Shown: positions 56,342-64,000 of the stretch, in pieces | Layout: the number at the start of each line of letters is the position of its first letter | How positions within the stretch are numbered: the first letter of the stretch is position 1 | Source: the human T2T-CHM13v2.0 reference genome, Homo sapiens | Assembly (NCBI RefSeq): GCF_009914755.1 | Contig: NC_060927.1 | Direction: 5' to 3' (one strand) | Length of the DNA stretch: 64,000 nucleotides | Notes under the pieces: generated by a model | Databases searched by the model: none | What the model was told of the DNA's origin: nothing | Seen by the model: only the letters and a program-made list of their open reading frames with translations | Translations under genes and position numbers: made by a program

Positions 56342-57359
56342 GAGAGTGAAGTCTTTCACTCTCTTCTGCTTCACAAACTTTCCTGTTTTATTTTTTCGAT
56401 AAATTTTATTCTATTTTTCTTTTGAAGTCCCTATTTTGACCCTAATAAGCTGTTATACTTTTACTTTAGATTGCATTTGTGATAGCTCTCTATATATTTA
56501 GATTGATAAATTATTAGGTTCCAAGAAAAGTCAACTGAAGTGCCTAGCTCACTCTCCTTTAGTTTTTGTATTTCATATTAAATATGCTTATAATATTCTC
56601 TTTTGTATGTGAAATCTGCATGATCACACGTTGCATTATTAATAGCCTCGCCGAGGCTTTGCTTCTTGCTGTTACTACTTCTATTATCTCAGTGTTTAAG
56701 CTCTTCATCTAATGACATAGGTGGAACATTTATGTTTCTCTCATGACTTTCTAGTGTAGAGAAAGAGGCCTGTTCTGAAGGAAATAGAGCCCTTCTTACG
56801 GTGGGGTGGAGTCCTTTGATAGGGAGTTTTGGTCCCTGTGGAGACAGATACTTCAAGAGTCGTAAGGGACTGGGAATAAAAGTTAATTCTAAAGAACCCC
56901 AGAAACTCAGGGAAGGCATCTTTGCATCTGACAGACTGGCCAATAATTGAACTGGAAGAAGAGGTAAATATTCTCACAAAGGAGAAGGATTACACATGGG
57001 GAGGATTGTAAGTGAGTCTCCCTGCCTCTATTCAGTCTGGCAACAAGAGATAGTAGGGCTTTTGACCTACAGACAAATTAAATGCCACCTGTCAAAAAAG
57101 TGAGCTTTATGGCTCAGTCTTTGCAATTGTGTGAGATGGAAAACACATTTGTGAGGAAGCAGCTAGGAATGGAAAGCCTGAATTAAAATGAATTATTGCT
57201 TGAAGGACAGATAAATGCCTGTTCTGATTGAACCTGAGGCTAGCAGTGAATCCACTGCACCAACGTATCATCACTGTCTGTTTCACTGAGTACATCATTT
57301 GCCTACGAAATAAACTTGTTTTCTTTTGAAAAACATCTTTAAAATTTCTGTGTGTGAGC

Positions 57360-57750
57360 AACAACAACAAAATTTGGACATAGCCTAAATATTCAAGAAT
57401 GAGGAAACATCTAGGTAAATTATGGTATAGCCTTACAATGGAACATTTATGCAGCTTTTTAAAACGATGCTTACGAAGAATTTTAATGCCCTATAAAATG
57501 CTTATATTATAATAAGTCAAAAAAGAGGCAGGATACAAATGCCTATAACAGCATGATTTTATATATAAATGTATAAATATAAAGACAATAAGCACAAAAG
57601 GAAGGAAATGTATCAAAATATCTTAATAATGTTTATCTCCTGGTGGTGAGTTATGTATAATTTTTATTCTCTCATCTACAGTTATGTTTTTGCTAACTTT
57701 TCTGTAATGAACATCTATTACTTTTTTCTTAGAAAAAATACTTTGAAAAA
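57360..57750 (+). mobile_element. L1ME-like 3' end
   Basis: AATTATGGTATAGCCTTACAATGGAAC...TTTTCTGTAATGAACATCTATTAC. Confidence 0.65.
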
Positions 57751-58362
57751 AGTTGTTAACCTGTAATGTGTTATTGACAAATGCCACTTGAAGACAACTT
57801 TGTAAGACCTCTTTTGAGCCACCAGTGCAACTAAGCTTTATTTCCCCTAAGAACCATTATGGTTCATTTGTATTTCAGTAAAATGTTTCATTGTATACTT
57901 CTATCCGGGCCACTATTATTTAGTATTCCAGTGATGGTGAAATAAAAGATAAAACATTTCCTATGTTTAAAGATTTCTGATCAGATAAGAAGACCTCTTT
58001 CTACCACATGGTTTCCAATCTTGTAACCTTGCTCCAAATTAACAGACATAAGCGTATTCAAAACAAGTAGATCATAAGCGTGGCTTCTTCAGATTTATAG
58101 TTAGTGGTTCAGAGCTGTAGTCTTATGTCATGTTTCTCCTTGTATATGTAGCATCCACTCAAAATTATTTTCTCAGATAATTTACTGGGTATTAGTTGAA
58201 CTGTAAATTGCTAAAAACTTTAACACATTTATCATCTGGTTTTTCTACTCCTAAGGGTAAGATTATCCTGACTTGGCTTTCTAGGTGACTCTTCTGTAAC
58301 CAGTTGCTTACATATAAAAATACTTTGCTTACCTAGAACTCAGTTATCTGACAACCTTTATA

Positions 58363-58674
58363 CAGTTGGCTCTTTGTATCTGTGGACTCTACATCCCATG
58401 AATATAACCAACTGCAGATGAGAAATAATCAGAAAGGAAACCCAATTAAAAAAACAATAAAATTTAAAAACTACAGAATAACAAGTGTTTACATAGCATT
58501 TACATTGTTTTATGTATTATAAGTAATCTAAAGATGATTTAGAGGACACAGGAGGATGTACCTATGTTGTATGCAAATATTGCACCATTTTGTATAGGGG
58601 ACTGAAACATTTGCAGATTTCGGTATCCATGGGAGTCATGGAACCAGTTCCCTGGGATGCCAAGGGATGACTAT
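58363..58674. mobile_element. Tigger3a/MER7-like MITE
   Basis: CAGTTGGCTCTTTGTATC...GGATGCCAAGGGATGACTA termini; TTTACATAGCATTTACATTG core. Confidence 0.85.
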
Positions 58675-58719
58675 GTCTGAGAAATAACTGAGAAGCAATA
58701 AGTAAACCATAATAACAAC

Positions 58720-58960
58720 ATAAGTAACAACAGCTACCACTTACTGGGTACTTGCTATGTTTTTTTAATTCTGAGTACTGTCCTCATTATCTCATTTAAT
58801 CATTATAACCCTCTGCAATGGTTATTGCTCTCCTTATTTATAGAGGAGAAAACTGAGGCTTATAAAAATTGAATCACTTGTCCAAGGTCACAGTGCTCAT
58901 TATTGTGAAGCTAGGAGCTGAACCATATTCCAAAGTCCAAATATACTCATAACTATTACC
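58720..58960 (-). mobile_element. MIR
   Basis: TTTTATAGAGGAGAAAACTGAGGCTT...CACTTGTCCAAGGTCACA. Confidence 0.85.
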
Positions 58961-60049
58961 ATAAATAAAAATTGAAAACAGATGTCACAGTGTCTGTATT
59001 CTACAAATGCTTAACATTACACTTCAAGATCCCAAGAAAGGATCACTCTATTTTACAAAATGAATTCAGCCAATTTACAAATACAATATTTGAAAAAGGG
59101 AAAAGAGGGCTTCTAGAAGTAGGAATTGATAACGAAAAAGAAGGTATGGCTGTAAACTGATAGAGGGGCTTAGAGAATATATTCCCAAGAAATCTGAAAG
59201 CATAATATTCTGGATTGGTTCACTAAAAACATCTTTTACACTGTATAGTTTCTAACTTTATCAATATAATAAATATGGAGCTTCATCATGGTAGATTTAT
59301 CTTGTCAATAAAATATTAAAATGAATATAGTCTTAATTTTAAAAACATTTTTATAACAATTTATACATTTTATTTTAGAATGATTAGAGAATATAGGTCA
59401 GATAAAATAACAAAATAAAAAAATCTCATAATTTTACAGCCAGAGATATTAACTGTTAACATTTTAGAAGAACTACATAATATAAATACAAATGTAAACA
59501 TAAATGTATACGTTTACGTTTTAACAAAATAGGGCCATGGTTTACTTTTAAAAAATTACCTTCAGTTACAATCTGTGTGCACATTTAAAAAGATTATTTG
59601 ATTATCAAGGTAGAGAAGTATATAACATACTTAAGACTGATTTTCTTCCAGTAAGTATAACAACATGCACACACATTAATCTGCTGCTTTAAGGCAAAAT
59701 ACATATTAATCCAGAAAATTATTTTATGTGAATCAGCTCATTGATGCTACATCAATGAGGCACTACTGTACTTTGGCTATCTTTATGCCATGTAACTTTC
59801 ATTATTCTTCTCTATACATTTGAAAGAAAACTTGATTTTTTAAAGGAGAAAGAATCAATAATGAGCGGGAAAGTTTAAGGGTGTTTTGAAAGGAAAAGTG
59901 TACCTATACTCTATATTCCCTGGCTGGAGCTGATGTGATTTAAAGCCATCTGTTTCTTTCACTTGAAATGCAGTTAGCTTTGTATTCATCAGCCTACTTA
60001 ATTCAGGAGAAAGGGAGGGCCAACTTCCAAAAGCTGAGTTTTTATTTGC

Positions 60050-61010
60050 TATGTCAGTTTACAAAGATTTATTGAGCACCTTTTTGTGTGGGTCTTGTAT
60101 TAGATAGTTATTTACTGCAAAGACGTGTAAGATGTGCTCTCTGTACTCAAAAAAAGTCCAGTCAATTGATCTAAAAAATATAAATAGTTAATTACAATTC
60201 AGCATGGTGGGTACAAAGAGTGAAGTGAGGTTTAGGGGCTATAGGAGCACATGGGAAGTAAGAAAAGCTATCTGGCTGTAGAGATTCCAAAGTGGACATG
60301 TAGAGAGAAAGTGGGTGGCTAAGGAAAGGGGGGTGATGCAGTATGTTTCAGATAGAGGAGCTGCATGTACAAAGGTTCAGGGGTTAGACAATGAGCATGC
60401 TGTGTTTAGTGTCATGGAGATTAGGGTAGGAAGTGGAAAAAGGGCTGACAAGCAAGTATTCAGGGCCTATCAAGGAGGCATCCTGTGTCATGCTGAGGAA
60501 TTGGGATTTTATCCTTAAGCAAAGATGAGTCATTCATTGGAAATACTGTCAGAGAAGCCATGAATAGAATAACTATGGTTCAGAGAAATCAGTCTAGTGC
60601 TATGTGAAGAGGCCCTAAGTTGTACGGAGACAAGATCAGGATCTGAGCTAAAGTATTAAAGAGGAAGAAGTTGATCTGGTGAACTTGCTGATTGTTGGAT
60701 GTGGGAGGTAAGAGAGTGGGTGAGGAAACATGACATCATTATCTCTGGGTTAGGTTACTGGGTGCATGGTAATGTCTTCTGCAAATGAAGAAGTTTCCAA
60801 AGAAAAGAAGATTGAGAGGATATTTCAAAGATGATGAATTTATTCTGTATGTGTTCAGTTGGATATGTAGAACTTGAGCTTAACGAAAGCAGTGACTAGA
60901 ACAATAGATTTGGGAGGTATCTGAATATACAAGTATGAAAACCAGAGAAGGGAGTAAGAACCCCCAGGTAATATCTGTGGATTCAGAGGGACCCTTGAGG
61001 ACCACCATCA
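60050..61010 (-). mobile_element. L2 remnant
   Basis: TTTATTGAGCACC start; GCTGAGGAATTGGGATTTTATCCT motif. Confidence 0.65.
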
Positions 61011-61019
61011 TTTTAAGAC

Positions 61020-61250
61020 TCAGTATAGAATAGTAGTGAAGCAATGGGCTCTGCTGTCTGGATTCAAATCCTAGTTATACCTCTTATTAGGTCATGCTAT
61101 CAATTCTCTCTGTCCTTCAGTTTCCTCATCTGTAACATGGAGATGACACATATTTTAGTCATAGGCTAGTTGTGAACCAAATGAGTTAATATCTTAAAGT
61201 ATATATTATAGGACTGGCCTGTAGTAAAAGTTAAACAGATTTAGCTTAGC
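61020..61250 (+). mobile_element. MIR
   Basis: TGGATTCAAATCCTAG...CTTCAGTTTCCTCATCTGTAACATGGAGAT. Confidence 0.85.
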
Positions 61251-62149
61251 TTTACTGTATTATTTAAACGATTACGGTAAATTTGGCCAAATAAATAAAG
61301 AAACAGTGAAGAATACAGAATAAGTGTTGTCAAAGGGTTAGAGGAGGACAACTATGAGGAGCGTCATAAAAGCCAAGTCAGAATTTGGAAAGTGAGCTGT
61401 ATTGAATGTTGAAGGAAGGGAAAGACAAGCAAGAGATAAAATGTATCTTTTCTTTTTTTGTTAGGAGAGTTTGCTGGTCACCTTGGTAGGATGGGTCCAG
61501 GGTCCGGATACAGTGGTCTGATAATTGGTGGTTATAAAGTATGAGTGAATCTGAGGTATTTTATGTAAGTGAGGAAAGAACCAGCACAGGGAAGGGAACC
61601 AGGCAATGAATTGAAAGAACCCTTCATGTATGCATCAAATATCCTCAGTATATCCTGTCTGACAGTGGACCATGAACTGAATAAACTCTCCAGGAACTAT
61701 ACTCTGAGACTGTATACAGAGAAAGGTGGCCATTACTCTTCCATCCTTTTGTTCTGGCTGACCTTGAAAAGAAGGTAGGAGAGGAACCCTACTTCTTTGT
61801 GCCTGAGATCCTCTGAGAAGTGTATTGGTCTGTGTTAAATTTGGTAGGATCCCTGGGTGAGAGACAGCACATGATGTTGACATGAAGTATCTGAAGTCAT
61901 CTCAGTCCACTTCTCAGTCCACATCTCAGTCCACAGCAGGTCAAACCACAGTTCAGGGACCCTTCTGAGTAAGGGAAACCCCCTACAGGTAGGCTCTTAC
62001 TCTGCAGTCATGCTGACTGAGCTATTCTCTGTGCTGCTTCTGGCAACAACTTTCATTTTGGCAACAACTTTCATTTGGATGCTTTCTCTTTCAAAGGCAG
62101 AATAGTATATTGGAAGGATTATGCAGCTAGATCACGGAAAATTTGTTTC

Positions 62150-62560
62150 AGTTTCCTTCATTCATTTTTCAAAAATATGCTTTGAGCACCTACTATGTAC
62201 GAGACAATATACCACTGGCTGAAGTTGGAATTATAGTGGGGTCAGGACAGGTAGGGCACTTGTCAGAAAGAGCTTGCATGACAGTGAGAGAGATAAGCTA
62301 TTTTTTAAAAAAGGAACCATTCTCTGAAAGGGAGAATACAGGTCTACAACTTTGTCCAGTGAGGTCAGAGCATCTTCTTGGGGGCAAAAGTGATGGCAAA
62401 GCTGGGAACTGGAAGGTAGGTTGAGATTGGCCATGTGCAGGGGACAGGGGAGAAGAGTTCTCTAAGGAGAGGAAACAGCATGGGTGAAGGCTTTGGGGTT
62501 ATGAAAGAACCTGGTACTTTCTAGGACCTAAAAGAAGTTTGAATGGGCTGGAATATCGGG
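62150..62560 (-). mobile_element. L2 remnant
   Basis: TTCATTCATTTTTCAAAAATATGCTTTGAGCACCTACTATGT; GGAAACAGCATGGGTGAAGGC. Confidence 0.7.
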
Positions 62561-62827
62561 GTGCTGTCCTTTTGGCTGGCTAAATGATACTGGGCATCAA
62601 TGAATTTGATATTCTGTCTCATTCTCCTTAAGGCCAGAAGTGGGCAGAAGGATTCCCTTGTTGTAGGCTGTTGTTCTTAGAATGCAGAGATAGAAGAAAG
62701 ATACGAAAGAAATCACTCTGAGGACCATAAGTAGGGTGGATTGGGGCTCAGGGAAGGCAAGAGAGAAACTAGAATCAAGGAGATATGTTGAAATGCTACC
62801 AGTTGATGAGATTGCAGTGCTGGAAAT

Positions 62828-63480
62828 GGGAACAGAGAAAGGAGTTGGCTGGAAGAAGAAACAAGTTTGGTAAAGAACAGGAGGTGCTGGCATGCACAAT
62901 TACTGGTAATTCCTGGAAGGTAGTTCATTTGAGAGGGACCACCATGAAATGATGAAGATTAACAATTTTTAAAGAGAAATTTTAGAGAGCATAGAGCAGC
63001 AGACAGGAGCTGGAAAGCCAATGAAGAGAGTTAAAAATGGAACTGTACTAGAAAGAAGAATTTCATGAATTTGTGTCAAGGAATTTTAGAAGACAGCATT
63101 TCAAAAAAATAGATTTAACTCTAACTTAGATTTAACTCTAAGTTTCTCTTTGATAAATGCTTTAAAAAATCTAGTTAATTAGGCAAATTATAGACTTAAC
63201 AGTTAAAAACTCAGAAGTCTCAGTCTGTGACTGGTCAAAGCATACCTGTTAAGTTGTGGATGCTGCTTTTTCAGCAGTTTTAGAGCTGATGTAGTCTGTT
63301 TCATTTTTGTTGCTAGTTTATGAATATTACAGTTTTTTAGAGTTTCTAATATTCTTTTTGGAGTCATACAGAAGGGAACAGAGAAAGGAGTTGGCTGGAA
63401 GAAAGAACAAGTTTAGTAAAGAACAGGAGGGGCTGGCATGCACAATTACTGGTAATTCCTGGAAGGTAGTTCATTTGAGA
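62828..63480 (+). repeat. 107-bp dispersed direct repeat (62828-62934 and 63374-63480)
   Basis: 4 mismatches in 107 bp; copies offset by 546 bp. Confidence 0.96.
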
Positions 63481-64000
63481 ACGTTCTTAATAGAGTTCTT
63501 CCTGAGGAAAATCAGGGGAGACTTGATTCTTATGTGAAGGTTTTTTTTTTTTTTTTTTTTTCAACTATGTGAAGTGAAAGTATGGAAATTTAACTCTATT
63601 GATGTGTGTTTGAATTCTGAAAGAGATGAAGGGGTGCTGTGAAAATGCACTGCACTGTGTTAGGAAATGGGATTGCCCCAAAGAGCATGGCCAATGCCTG
63701 GGACAATTGCATTCTTGACTCACCCTCGTGAAGAGCTAAGGCCCAGCTGGGCAATCACAGGCGCTGGGTGGAGGCTTCCCCGGTGGCACCCCTCTGTGCT
63801 CTGCACTCTTCTTAGAATTTAACATTTCCTTAGCAACTGGATAGGGTGCATAGGTTAGCATTAATACTGTGAAAGAGAAGAAACTTGGGGCCTTTAAAAG
63901 AATGCCATCTTGGGTTACTATGCTTTCATTTTGGTTTTATTTTTCTCAGTGGTCAAAAACTATTGTTTCCAGCCAGAATATCCTTTTTATGTCCTTCAAA

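Overview
Primate (very probably human) genomic DNA: AT-rich and dense in AluJ/S/Y, L1PA/L1M, L2, MIR, MaLR (THE1D, MLT1), ERVL LTRs and Tigger/MER DNA transposons. The only clear gene landmark is a CpG-island promoter at ~36.5-38.5 kb with a probable + strand first exon ending at a strong donor (CAT|GTAAGT, 37922/37923). The rest reads as ~36 kb of upstream sequence and the first ~26 kb of a long intron 1. I could not identify the gene. No listed ORF looks like a real protein-coding exon; the longer ones are Alu, L1 ORF2, Tigger1 or THE1 remnants, or GC-rich artefacts. I see no evidence for a new multi-gene system. The most unusual signal is a set of fossil template-switch events. The best example is an AluJ insertion whose putative target-site duplication also encloses a 189-bp inverted copy of DNA from ~625 bp downstream. 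There are also a 107-bp dispersed duplication, an 83-bp templated insertion in an L1, a double fold-back scar and a twin-primed L1. Repeat subfamily names and old-repeat boundaries are from remembered consensus sequences and are approximate; identities are hand counts.
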